Source of the DNA: Octopus sinensis | Taxonomy: Eukaryota | Reading direction: 5' to 3' | Assembly: GCF_006345805.1 (NCBI RefSeq) | Contig: NC_043001.1 | Span: 117,056,001 to 117,120,000 of the forward strand | Length of the DNA stretch: 64,000 bases | In this document: piece by piece, positions 13,681 to 26,781 of the stretch | How positions within the stretch are numbered: the stretch's first letter is position 1 | Layout of the letters: every line of letters begins with the position of its first letter | The notes under the pieces: generated by a model | The model's database searches: none | Told to the model about the DNA's origin: nothing | What the model saw: the letters and a program-made list of their open reading frames with translations, nothing else | Position numbers and translations under genes: made by a program

Positions 13681-13741
13681 GTGTTCTGTCCTTACCTTCG
13701 AAACACACTTTGAGTCGAACCAAGGACAGCTGATGAAGGGG
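13681..13741 (+). ncRNA. Candidate non-circularly permuted (pseudoknotted) hammerhead ribozyme, intact core
   Basis: GUGU-U-CUGUCCUU-a-CCUUC-GAAA-CAC-[15 nt]-AAGGACAG-CUGAUGA-a-GGGG: stem I 8 perfect bp, stem III 4 bp, stem II 4 bp (2 G-U). Confidence 0.65.
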
Positions 13742-14028
13742 AATTTTCCTTGTATTGTTTGTCCTGTACTCTGTTTTTTCGTTGTTTAAAAAAACTCCGT
13801 TTCCTTATTTGATTTTATGTTCTCGTCTCTTGTGTTCTATGTTTATTTGTGGTGTCCTGTACTCATATATATATATGTATGCATGTATATATACATGTAG
13901 ATGTAAGTATATACATATATGTATGTATATATGCATATATTTTATTTATTTATTATATTACTATATGACCGAACGCACGCGTTATTTCTCTATTTCTCTT
14001 CTCCAAGTTTTTATTTATATATATATAT

Positions 14029-14062
<34 letters not shown>

Positions 14063-15165
14063 GCACACATATATATACATATACATGTGTGTGTGTATGT
14101 GTCACACTTTTGCTAAAAATCTGTTGCAATGAATGTACCAACAAAAAAAATCTATTTTATTAAATTGTAAAAAAAAAAAATAATAATTACACACCCCACC
14201 TCCAAAATTATCTAAGATTTTAACAAAAAACACAAAATTGATAAATCTTTAATTCAATTTGTCATGCATGAATTCCATAATAATGTTTTCAGCCACAACA
14301 GTTTGGGGATATAACTTCTTCACTATTTAAATTACAAACACAATCCATGAAACCTCAGGCCAGATATTAAATGGATACAATTTATTTGCTATTATAATTA
14401 AAGAGGTCAACGAGTTTTTCTCTGTGCAGTAATTTCTCTTTATGTTCTATTTATTTTCTTTATATTAATTTGGTTAATAATAGAAGAGTCCTAAATTAAC
14501 ACAAGTGGTCTGAGTCACATCCCACACAGTTCTTGGTCTTATCTTGATCATGTAGAGGAAAATGTCAAAAGTGGAATAAGAAGCCTATTTTGGATCATAC
14601 ACTATTAGTCATTTCCCTCCTGCTAAACACTTTCTACCATTAAGCCTAATCAATAAATAAATTATGAACATTAGAGGAGATTCAATGTAAAGCTGAGTTA
14701 ATTTAATATAGCAGCCAAATCCTATCTGGTTTGTTCCTTTAATTGTTGAATATTCACTTTCCATCTCCTTGTTTCTCTATCTCTCTCTATATACACATAT
14801 ATCTACTAATCTCTAACTTACAAACAATATAGGGTATTATGTATTATTAGATAATATTGTACACAAACAAAATAAAACTGATCGTAAAAGACAAGAATAC
14901 AGTCATCAGTCAAAGTGTATTAAGCTCTTAAGCAAAACACTCGCATTTACTTAAATGAATATTTTAAAGATTCAGTTAAGCCAGATTTAAGGACAAAATG
15001 ATTGATTAGTAGGATAGTTGTCGTCTAAAATAAAGTAATATTGAGATGATCTTATGAATCAGACCACCTGTTGTAGATCATGAGATAGTCAAGGAAATGA
15101 AAACTACCTACTGGGGACCCTGAGATGATCAAGTGAATCAGGACTTTCTGCAGTAAACCAGATCG

Positions 15166-15199
<34 letters not shown>

Positions 15200-15206
15200 T
15201 TCCTCT

Positions 15207-16572
15207 AAATTTGAGACCTTGTGTTAATCTATGTAAGATTTCTTGGGAATCCACAGTGGTATTTTAAGGGTCCATAAAAAGATTTGATTTGAATGTATGT
15301 ATAGTAAGAGACAGCTAGGTTTCTTTCTTTAACATTGCTGGCATGAGTTGGATGGTTTAACAGAAGCTGGCAAACCAGAAGACTGCACAGTTCTCTACTG
15401 TTTGCTTAGTATGGTTTCTACTACTGGTGCCTTTCCTAATGCTAACCACTACCACTTTACAGAGTGTACTGGGTGCTTTTTATGTGGCACTAGCACCAGC
15501 AATTAAACCAAGTAAATTGCAAAACATGACTCCTTGACTGAGGGGTGGGTAGTTATAAGGAAGGTGGTGTTGTGCAAGGTAATGAGAAATTAGAGTATGA
15601 TAGAAGAACAGAAACAGGTGTCTTGCTGTAGAGGGGATACAGATAGCCAAGTTAATCCAGAGTGCCTATTGTATACTCTGAGATGGTCAAGTAAATCAGT
15701 GTCTATGTAAAGGCAGGCTTTGTAGAGAGAAGGACAAAATGAACTGAGATCAGTAGAGTGAGAGGCCTGGTAGTGCAGGTGCCATAAGATAGGATCTTGT
15801 GATCAATGTTAACCATTCATCAGTTCATATATGTGCAAGGCCTGAGCAAGATTGTTTGAGGAAGACTATAAAGTGCCTATACATTCAAGTCTACCCTCAA
15901 CATACTAATGACATTATTAAAAGAGAAGGTCACCAACTTGCATCACAGGAGCCTGACACCAGTATCAATACAAGTATTGCTGTCAAAATGCTAAGAACCA
16001 GAACAGATCTGTCAAACCACTGCCTTGGATGCTACTTTTTTTTTTTATTGCCCCTGAAAGGATGAAAGGCAAAACTGACCTTGACAAAATGCATTACAGT
16101 ATTTAGTTATATGACTCTAAGTGCTAAGTTCAAATCTTACCAGAGTGACTTTACCTTTCATCCTTCTAGGTTTGTTAAAATAAATTACCAGTGAGGTATT
16201 GAGGAGTGGGGTGTCAATTTAACTGGTTGTTCCCTGTGTGACCTTGTGTATATTTTAGTTGTTGAGTAGATACAACCGAATAGATCAGTGAAAACGGAAT
16301 GGAGTCAGTTCAATGGTTGTGAGCTATTTTGTAAGATCCATCTTCTGAGCTCATTGGATAAATTTACCATTCTTTTTTTTTTTAAGAAATTAATAAAATA
16401 AATACTAGTGATGTGCATGTGAAGCGACTCCACCTTCCTCCAAATTTGAGACCTTGTGTTAATCTACGTAAGATTTCTTGGGGATCCACAGTAGTATTTT
16501 AAGGGTCCATAAAAAGATTTGATTTGAATGTATGTATAGTAAGAGACAGCTACGTTTCTTTCTTTAACATTG
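15207..16572 (+). repeat. Dispersed 131-bp direct duplication (15207-15337 and 16442-16572)
   Basis: aaatttgagaccttgtg...ctttaacattg occurs twice with about 4 mismatches. Confidence 0.9.
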
Positions 16573-16944
16573 TACATAATTCAAACTATAGAAGTGAATG
16601 AGTGAATTACAAAATAGTAATTTTGAAAGAAGTATCTATCAAATTAGTTCTTTAAAACACTGAATGGCTATGAGGGTCTACCACAGTGAAATTGTAATCG
16701 AAGGGGCCCATAGGAAAAAATGGTTCACAACCACTGGGTTAAGTAATGTAAAGGACTAATTCCCTCCCTCAAAATTTCCAGGCCTTGTGCCTCTGCTAGA
16801 AACAATAAGGCTGGTGGATTGGTAGACGTGTTAGAGTTAGAAAAATACCTTGTGGTATTTGTTCTGGCTCTTTACATATTGCGTTCAAACCCCACTGAGG
16901 TCAACTTTGCTGTTCATCCTTTTGTGGGGGCGATAAAAATACAG

Positions 16945-17355
16945 GGATCTTTTCGGTTTGAACGGCAGTTTTTAACATAATTTCTAGGTAACTAAACACT
17001 TTTAAACTTCATATACTAGTAGAATGTGTTTATAAAACATCTTTTTCTCATGGCTTTATTGAGAAAATTCTATGGTTTGTAAGATATTTGTTGGTTTTTT
17101 TCAATTTCTGCAAATTCAACCAATCACTGACGTCTATTGAGGTAAAAAAAAACATTCTGTGCCGTATGAATTTGTCCCTCGTTTAAGAAACAGATTGGGT
17201 TTATTTACATTTGTGAAGAAAAAAAGATACCCTTCCCCTAACCCTAACCCTAAAACAGATTGAAATGCAATAGATCGATACTAGGGTCATAATTATGGAT
17301 GACAATTTCATGTGACACCGCTAGAAAAAAACTGCCGCTCAAACCGAAAAGATCC
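16945..17355. mobile_element. MITE with ~29-bp TIRs and 8-bp TSD, carrying internal (CCCTAA)n
   Basis: TIR ggatcttttcggtttgaacggcagttttt / aaaaactgccgctcaaaccgaaaagatcc; TSD AAATACAG at 16937-16944 and 17356-17363. Confidence 0.92.
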
Positions 17356-17446
17356 AAATACAGTACCAGTCAAGTACTAGGTTTGATTATATTGACTCGT
17401 ACGTTTCCCCTAAAATTGCTGGCCTTAAGTCAAATTATAAACACTG

Positions 17447-17477
<31 letters not shown>

Positions 17478-18378
17478 CTTCTAACTTTAAAAGAAAATTG
17501 GAGTAAAATATTGAAATATATGTCAAACGAAATTTAATACTTGAATCATAATTTAAAATGAATACATTTCTGGAAGAATCAAAATTCGAAAACAATCCGT
17601 CGTCAGCACCTTCGCCACCTTTTTCTTTTCTTTTTTTTTTTTCTCAATGGTGACTTTAAACCCAGTTTAGGAGAAAAAAAAGGAAAATTGGGGATAACAT
17701 AGTTTGGTTGAAGAGAATAGCTTAACGTCAGCATCTGGTCTAGATTTAAACAACTAAAAAATATGTTCAACCACTACGACTAATTCTGAGGAAGGAATAA
17801 GGGAAATTAGAGGTGATGACGGGGATGAGGCCGACAATGATGATGATGATGAGGAGGAGGAGTAGGATGATGATGATGATGATGTAATTATTCAAGTTGC
17901 GTCTAGGGAACTTAATGCAAGCTGTCGTCGTAATGGTAGAGAGGATGGTGGTGACGGTGGTAGCAAGTGGTGGTGTTGCTGGCGGAGTAATTTAGACACG
18001 AACCTGTTAAGTGTGTGTGTACGGGCAAGCAGTAGCTGCCTGTGTGTATATGTGCATGTAGTTTTGTAAGTAAGCATGTGTGTATGTAGATAGTTTTATA
18101 CACGAGCCTATGTGCGTGCGTGTGTGTGTGTGTGTGAGCGTGTATGTAGATTTGTTTTATACATAAGCATACGCGTGTGGGAATCCTTGAAAATGCACGT
18201 AAAAAGAGAAACGAGCATGTGTGGTGTATATGTTTATAAGCAAGTATAAACACAAGCCTTTATAAATGCAATATGCATGGGTTTAAAAAAAAATAATAAT
18301 AAAAATACAAACAACTAATGTACATTCACGTTTGTACTTGCTTATTACATATAATGAATGTCTGTGCGACTGCAAGTA

Positions 18379-18412
<34 letters not shown>

Positions 18413-18823
18413 ACTGTACGTGTGTAAGTGCGTGTGAGGAGCTCGTGTGCGCGCTCTCAGACCTAAATAATAAAAATGACCTACTGTGGTAGAAAATGTG
18501 TCTCGACACCTTCATGCACAAGTGCGCGCACGCACAGACACACACATACATACATAAATACACGCATACACATACACGAGACAGAAGGAGAAATACATAT
18601 CGTCAATACATATATATAAACCGTAGAAGATCCTGTCTGCAGAATTAAGGAATAATTTCAAGTTTCCTTCATTAAATACTACACAGCATAAGCCAAACGC
18701 TCCACTTTCTAGAAATGGTAATCAAAATCTGCCTCAAATTACTTGTTAACCGTCTTAAGGCATAAACAAAACATTGTAAATCCCTTGACATGTACACATA
18801 CATACATAGATACATACATAACA

Positions 18824-18916
18824 GGCAGGAGTTACAGAGTGACTCAATGAGCGAAAGTTTCGTGTATTGCCCATATACAAAACTTTCGATCCTTGAGTCA
18901 CTCTGTAACTTTTGCC
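18824..18916. repeat. ~44-bp-stem hairpin (mini-MITE or pre-miRNA-like)
   Basis: gttacagagtgactcaa..cgaaagttt.gtgtat / atatac.aaactttcg..ttgagtcactctgtaac. Confidence 0.85.
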
Positions 18917-18958
18917 GATTATTAATAATCATTATATATATATATATATATATATATA

Positions 18959-19358
18959 TACTAGCAGTATCGCCCGGTGTTGCTCGGGTTTGTAAGGGAA
19001 ATAACTATATAAGCATTTTTAGAGAGTTATAGCCAAAAAATAGCAAAAAAATGCATTAAAAATGGAAAAAAAATTATGGTAATTTTTTTTAAAATCGTTG
19101 ACTCATCGTAGACATTTTTAGAGAGTTACTTCCCTTATATAATAGCGAAAAAATGCATTAAAATGGAAAAAAATGATGGTAAATTATTTTTTAAATCGTA
19201 GACTCATCGTAGACGCGCGCTAATACCCAGAAGGGCTCGATATGAATCACGACTATAAGATACCCGGTTTTGGTTACACTGCACCGCAAAATGTGGGAGT
19301 AGTTAGGAATCTAAATCGTAGGAGACAGACAGCACACAACCTCACTTTTATATATAAA
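18959..19358 (+). mobile_element. Helentron/DINE-like non-autonomous element
   Basis: Starts TACTAGC with a gcccg/cgggt hairpin, has internal ~115-bp tandem subrepeats, ends cacttttatatataaag, inserted in a TA run. Family assignment is inference. Confidence 0.6.
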
Positions 19359-19367
19359 GTTATATGC

Positions 19368-19562
19368 ATATATCAAAAATGGGGAAGACCGGTTTATGGG
19401 ATTACCTTAGGTTTCCGGTCCATAAAGGGTTTTAGCTTTATTGGCATATCGTCAGATCCCAAAAACCTGTTGGCCCATGACGACATACCATAAAGCTAAA
19501 CCCCTTATGAACGGGAAACATAAAGTAATCCCATAACCCGGCCTTCCCCATTTTTAATATAT
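19368..19562. mobile_element. Fold-back MITE, ~85-bp arms
   Basis: aaaaatggggaagaccgg.ttatgggattac...gctttat..gtca versus tgacgac..ataaagct...gtaatcccataacccggccttccccattttt. Confidence 0.88.
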
Positions 19563-19618
19563 ACTGCTCTACATCATAGAGCGTGCTTCTTCTTTCGGAT
19601 TTATGTTTTCTACAAACG

Positions 19619-19657
<39 letters not shown>

Positions 19658-21139
19658 ACGCAGTAATTCCTCGCCAAATCGCGGTTTATTATTTAAGCTT
19701 ATGCCAATTCCTCCACGGTGTTGTTTTGCATTTATAATAAAATAAATATATACAAATTGTAAAAAAAAATAATAAAAAATATACTGGTACTTTATTTATC
19801 GACCCCGAAAGGATGAAAGGCAAAGTCGACCTCGGCGGAATTTGAACTCAGAACGTAACGACAGACGAAATACCGCTAAGCATTTCACCCGGCGTGCTAA
19901 CGTGTGTCTGTATGTGTGTGTGTGTATGTATGTATGTATTATACACACACACACTCATGTTTTGAGTTCTATTTTCCTGACTACATCAGCAAACCCATGT
20001 ATATAAGTGTTGGAGGGGGGGGGGCAACCTTTTCATCATAGACTGGCCCTTTTGATTAAGGTAAACTTGGGGGTCAAGAAACCACATTGACGGTAAAATA
20101 TCATTATCGTCAGAAAAGGGAGAGTGTCTATATTGTCGCTCTATAACATACGTTATAGAACTGGAATACGCAATTAAACACAAATCAAAATTAGTTGTAA
20201 ATAATCTAAAAACCAGTACTAATTATCATTCTTTAGATTTGTATAAATGGCCACTTATTATTGACATGGCAAACACTAATACTATGGCATATAAAACCCG
20301 AAAGACAAGAAACCAAAATCCAGTCTTCTTCATGCTAATTAATGATAGTTATTAAATGACCATTTATAATAAATATTTTGAGTTACATATCAGTGTCCAT
20401 TTTAGTGTGAAGAGTCATCAATTTGTTTTCTACCCGGATTGAAATACAAATGTCCTCCTTTATTTAAAATATTATAATGTATACTATTTTATTCTAAACT
20501 AGTTCGTGTCATGGGAGTGGGCGAGGAAGTAGAGTTAAAGAAAATACAATTTCTTACTAGACAAGTTGTCAAATTATAGAAGTAAAGACAGACTAAGAGT
20601 GGATACATGTATACATGCATGCAATACATACATACACTTACATGCTTACATACAGACATCTTTACAAACATATATACATAATACAAATGTACATACATAC
20701 ATGCGTACATACACTTACATGCATACATACATACATGTTTACAAACGTATATACACATATACATATAAAACATACATACATACATACATTAGGTTTCTAT
20801 TTCATTAAAAAAAAAGAACAAACAATAAACTGCGTGAAATGAGATGTTGTTTAACTCTAAGTTAACCCTGATTAATCAGATCAAGTAATGACCATGCTAG
20901 CTTTTCATTTATGCTCTATCTCAGACTACACCATTCAGTGTGTTCTACCTTTTTTTTTTATTAAAAAAATGGTAGGGTGTTATTTAAATGAAATTTAGTT
21001 ATATGAAGCAAGTTGAGCCCGCTTAGAGGTCTTCCTTGTTAGGTCATAAAAGTTCATATGTTGTAGGGAGAAGCTGAATGGTGGCATTTGGACTAGGCTC
21101 TTTGAAGAGATGAGAAAGAATATAGAGAACAACTGTGAA

Positions 21140-22416
21140 GATGGCTTTGGCTTTCGTCCTTCCGGGCTCGATAAAATAAGTACCAGTTGAGGACTGGGGT
21201 TGATGTAATCGACTAGCCCTCTCCCACCAAATTTCAGTCCTTGTACATACAGCAGATAGGATTATTATTATTATTATTATGGTAGTGGTGACAAGCTCGT
21301 AGAAACGCTAGCACACCAGACTTACTGGCATTTCATTCTAGTCTTCATGATCTGAGTTCTAATTCCACTAATTTCAGGGGCCGATAAAATAAAGTACCTA
21401 TTTCTTTATTGCCCACAAGGGACTAAACATAGAGGGGACAAACAACGACAGGCATAGGGATTAAGTCGATTACATCGACCCCAGTGCGTAACTGGTACTT
21501 AATTTATCGACCCCGAAAGGATGAAAGGTAAAGTCGACCTCGGCGGAATTTGAACTCACAACGTAACGGCAGACGAATACGGCTACGCATTTCGCACTCA
21601 AGTACAGGGGTTTCAACCAACTACCCTCTCCCCTCAAAATTACTGTAATTATTATGAGGACAAGCAAGCAGAAATCAACCTTGCCCTTCGTCCTTCGGGT
21701 ACCGATAAAATAAAGTACCAGTAAAATACCGGTGTCGATAGAATCGACACTTCTCTTCCCTCAAAACTGCTGGTTTCTGCCTAAATTAGTAACCATTGAG
21801 GGCACTTGCCCTAGTGGTCGGGCGACCGTGGTTTTGTGGGGTCACCACAAGCAGCCCTATGTAGTCTTTCCCTTTTGGGGAATTATTCATTATTATAACT
21901 TCCTGTTGTTACTGTTTTTGTTTTGTTTTTTTTACTTTTTGCACGCCTTTCATGTAACCCCACATTGTATTGTCACTGATGTTGTAGACCCTTAATAGTT
22001 AATAAAAAAAAAAGGGAAATATTATTATTATCATTATTATTTAAGGTAGCGAGCTGACAAAATCAGGTTTTGCGTTCTGAGTTCAAATCCCATCGAGGCT
22101 GACTTTTCTTTTCATCCTTTCGAGGTCGATAAAAGTACCAGTTGCGCACTGGGGTCGATGTAATCGACTAGTCTCCTCCAACGAAAAATTCAGGTCTTGT
22201 ATCTTTTAGTAGAAAGGATTATTATTATTATTATTATTATTATTAGGCGCAGGAGTGGCTGTTTGGTAAGTAGCTTGCTTACCAACCACATGGTTCCGGG
22301 TTCAGTCCCACTGCGTGGCATCTTGGGCAAGTGTCTTCTACTATAGCCTCGGACAGACCAAAGCCTTGTGAGTGGATTTGGTAGACGGAAACTGAAAGAA
22401 GCCCGTCGTATATATA

Positions 22417-22492
<76 letters not shown>

Positions 22493-23000
22493 ATGTATAC
22501 GTTTATGTGTATACATCGCTTGTGTGGTGTGTTTATATCGGCAAAAGAGACCGATAGAATAAGTACTGGGTTTACAAAGAATAAGTCCCGGGGTCGACTA
22601 AAGGTTTCAAATGACAGAATTCAAGTAAAAGAGTAAAGAGTATTATCAGGTTAATGCCTTGCAGTATTTAGTTGTCAGTTCAAATCCCGCCGGGGTCAAC
22701 TTGGTCTTTCATCCTCCCACGGTGGATAAAATAAGATCCCAGTTAAATATTGGGAGTTGATGTAACTGACGAACGCTGACCCTCAAAATCAACTAAATAA
22801 ACAACAATTATTATTAGAGAAAATACCTATTATTCCCCCCCCCCCATTCTGAGTTTAAATCCCATCGAGATCGCTTTACTTCTCATTTTTCTAGGAGTCT
22901 ATTAAATAAAGTACCAGCAAAGTACTTGAGATACTGGGTGGGAGTCGATGTAATCGACTAAGTACTCCCCACTAATTTTTGGTCTTGTGCTAATGTCATA
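21140..23000. mobile_element. Cluster of SINE family C (Nin-domain-like) copies of different ages and orientations
   Basis: At least 6 copies of ctttgcctttcatcctttcggggtcgataaa..aagtaccag..ctggggtcgatgtaatcgact. Confidence 0.8.
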
Positions 23001-24389
23001 AATGCTTATTTAAGACGGCCGGGTGTTTTCAGAGTGATTTGGTTGCTATTACTAGCAGGTCGAGTGACTAAAGAGAGAGTCTCCTTTGCTAACTCATAAA
23101 AGTTAATGCCACAACCTTCCTCATAACAGAAATAACTAACAAAAACACAATAATACAATAAAAACAATCAACAAATAGCAAAGAAATTAATACTAACAAG
23201 GGGTCAAATCCAAGAGTTCGCGTGGGTTAAATAATTAATTAGGTTGCCCTACTCTCAGGACGAGGGTCTGAATCCGCTGCAAGTATTTCGTTAAGGTCCT
23301 CTCCGTTCATAAGCTCATCATCCGTTTACCAAACTGAAACTCAGCTACAAATCATATCTAAGAGTCAGACTTCAATACTGCCCGCCCCTTAAAGTATCCT
23401 TATCATTTCTAAAAGGTTTAAATGAACACAATTACTTATGAAGCTCATCGCAGACCGCTTTGCAGATTCAATTTATAATAAACATTTATGTATAGAAATA
23501 GAATATTCCCTCGTTATTCTTATTGTTTTCAGTTCTACATCTCTTAGTTATATGGTTTTTCTGCATGAGAATATGTTTGTTTGAATTCTGTCTTGTTTGT
23601 TGTTAGATGCTGTTATTTTTTTATGGTGTTTGGTCGTAACGGTTATGATGTTGTTCATGTTCTTGATGATGATGACGGTGATATATTTTTGTGCTATTGT
23701 TTGGTCGTAACAGTGGTGGTTGTGATAATGATGATGTTGATATCTTTTATCTTTGGCAGTCAGGAATTCTGATCGGTAACCAGGACAACCGAGTCATCCC
23801 AGCAGCTTTTAAATGTCAAATGGACGCAGTGGAAATGTCTTTCTTCGTAAAAACCACCACCACGATATCAACAGCGACGACGATGATGGTGATGGTGATG
23901 ATGATGACAACACTGCCAATTAAATGGAATTACATGGTAATGTCAAGCCATACACCGTTCCCACCAAACCCTAAATAATACAGAAACTAAAACGGCAACA
24001 ACAAACAAAGGGGAGTCTTTTACGTGGTTGCCAAACCTTCTAGAAATAACAGTTACACCCCCCACAAATTAACACGCAATTGTTTAACACGCGCGCGCAC
24101 CTGCTCACACATACAACGTACATTGTTGTTAATATGCCTGAAAAAAATCGAGGTGGTCATATATGGTTCGAATTGATAATAGACCTGCTCGATTGGGGTG
24201 GGGGGCTGACTTAGGGCTAATCACCAATCACACGGGAAACGCAGCAACTACGATCTGACACTACTAATATTATCTCCATACAGTGTCAGACGGAAAACAC
24301 ACCAGATGCTTTAAATGGAAACATTTGAATAAAATATCTTATTTAATCTACATAAAACATGAAAATATTGAAACCGGTGCAAGCACGAC

Positions 24390-24955
24390 ACAACACTAGA
24401 CATCCGCAAATTCACTACACGTCTAGAAATTCATTACGCTACACTTCTACAAATACACTACACATCTAAAAATTCACTACAGCACACTTCTACAAATATA
24501 CTACAGAATACATCTACAAATCCGCTATACTACACTTCTACGAATTTAATACATTTCTATTGTACAAATACACTACACTATACTTCTACAAATACATTAC
24601 ACTTTTCTAAATACGTTATAGTTCACCTCTACAAATTTACTACGCATTTACAAGTACACTATACTTCTACGATTATGCTACACTTCTACAAGTTTATTAC
24701 ATTTCTACAAATTGACTGCACTACACTGTATTTCCACAGTAAACTTCAACGAATTCCTAAGACTACACTTCTACGAATACACTACACTGCACATCTACAA
24801 ATTCACTACTACACTTCTACATATTCACAACACTACACTTCTACAAATATGCTACATTACACTGTGACAAATACACCGTGCTACTACAATCATTCACACT
24901 ACATTTCTACAAATACATTACAACTACACCTCTCCAATCCTACACACCAAGATAC
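24390..24955. repeat. Degenerate minisatellite, ~20-25-bp unit (tacacttctacaaatacac)
   Basis: Recurring acacttctacaaat..actac motif. Confidence 0.85.
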
Positions 24956-25558
24956 ATTTTACAATGTATCATACGTCTCTATAGTATTTAGGATTAAGGC
25001 GGCGAGGAGCGAGCAGAACTGTTAGCACGCTGTGCAAAAATGCTTAGCGGCATTTCGTCCGTCTTTACGTTCTGAGTTCAAAATCCGCAGAGGTCGACTT
25101 CGCCTTTCATCCTTTCGGGGTCGATGTAATCGACTTCCTCACTCCCCCGAAATTGCTGGCCTTGTGCCAAAATTTGAAACCAATATTTAAGAGGATTGTC
25201 AGAATCACTAATGATAGAAATAATACTAGCTATATGAGGTCAAGTTTGCTTTTTTATCCAATCAAGGGTCGACAAAATTAAGTATTATGAAATTACCAGA
25301 GTCGATTTAATCGGCTATCAGCTATCTCCTATAATTTGTGGCTTTGTGCAAACCCAGAGGTCGATATTTGAAGAATAAGTTTCAACCATCTCGAAAGACT
25401 CTTCTACGCAATTTCAGTTCAAGGTTTTTCTTGAAAAATTGGTTTAGGTTTGCATTTCTTGACGTTCTTAGTTCAATTTTCTCTTTTCCCTTCCAGAAAT
25501 AAGACGGATTCTCCGTCGGCTCCGACAATAAGCATTCACTTGTTTGATCAACTGATCT

Positions 25559-25870
25559 GGCACTCCGTCGGGTACGACGACGAGGGTTCCAGTCGATCAG
25601 ATCAACGGAACAGCTTGCTCGTGACATTAACGTGCAAGTGGCTGAGCACTCCACAGACACACGTACCCTTAATGTAGTCCACAGGGAACTTCAGCGTGAC
25701 ACAGCTGGCCATTTTGAAATACAGGTACTACTCATTTTTGCTGGCTGAGTGGACTGAAGCAACGTGAAATGAAATGTCTTGCTCAAAGATACAACGCGTC
25801 GCCGGGAATTGAAAACACGACCTTACGATCGAAAGCCGAATGCCCTAACCACTAAGCCACGCGCCTTCAC
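25559..25870 (-). mobile_element. tRNA-derived SINE sharing the family B 3' half but with a different head and core
   Basis: Head gtgaaggcgcgtggcttagtggttagggcattcggc; tail matches the family B tail (aacggaacagc.tgctcgtga.attaacgtg). Confidence 0.85.
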
Positions 25871-26053
25871 TCAAATGATCTACCTTCACTCAAATGATCT
25901 ACCTTCACTCAAATGATCGACCTTCACTCAAATGATCTACCTTCACTCAAATGATCTACCTTCACTCAAATGATCGACCTTCACTCAAATGATCGACCTT
26001 CACTCAAATGATCGACCTTCACTCAAATGATCGACCTTCACTCAAATGATCGA
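25864..26053 (+). repeat. 10 x 19-bp tandem array CCTTCACTCAAATGATC(T/G)A
   Basis: Counted directly; no spacers. Confidence 0.97.
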
Positions 26054-26749
26054 CCTACTCGTTAAAATAACGTAGACGCTGAGTATTCCACTGAGACATG
26101 TCATGTACCCTTCATGTATTTCTCAGAATATGTAACGAGGCTGGGAGCCGATCAATTACGGGTACAATCCGTCTGACAGGCTTCCAAACAGTCTTTGTCT
26201 ACCCAATTTCACTCACAAGACTCGGGTCGACTCGAGGCTATGGTAAAAAAATACTTACCCAGTGGAATTGAATGCAGTGAGATTGAACCCAGGATCTCAT
26301 GACAGCAAAGCGTGCTTTAACCACCCGGCTGTGCCTGCATCTGCCCGGAATTTACAAATTACTATTTTTGGTTTAAAAGAAGGCAGAAGATTAGCAGAAA
26401 TAGAAGAGTGTTAGAGAAAATGCCTGTGGTATTTGTAGGCTACGAGTTCAAATCTCTCTGAGGTAAACTTTGCTCTTCATCTTTCCGAGGTCGATAAAAT
26501 CGATTGTTCAATCTCACTCAATGTTAGAAATTATTATTTTATACTGTAACGCGGCACTGCCACATCACCGAATACTAAGTCTTTGGATTAGTTTGCGCCA
26601 ACATTTTTGCTTAATGAATCATTTCCACCCACCTCTACTTGAGACTTTCTCTAATTGACGTTTAAACGTTTGAAGGGGGAAATGTTTATTTTTGACCAGA
26701 ATGTGAAATGCTTTGTCAGAGAGAAGTGTCAACTATTACGATCAATCGA

Positions 26750-26781
<32 letters not shown>

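Noticed and set aside
18733-18791. MSRDLQCFVYALRRLTSNLR as TRMT12 exon 1
   Set aside because: It would need a very weak GC donor (AG|GCAGAT); 41257-41312 has a canonical donor and better similarity.
23240-23975. Exon-like peptides (TDDELMNGEDLNEIL..., FGGNGVWLDITM*)
   Set aside because: In-frame stop upstream or no linkable partner exon; no recognisable homology.
25864-26053. CRISPR-like array
   Set aside because: No spacers and eukaryotic context; it is a simple tandem repeat.
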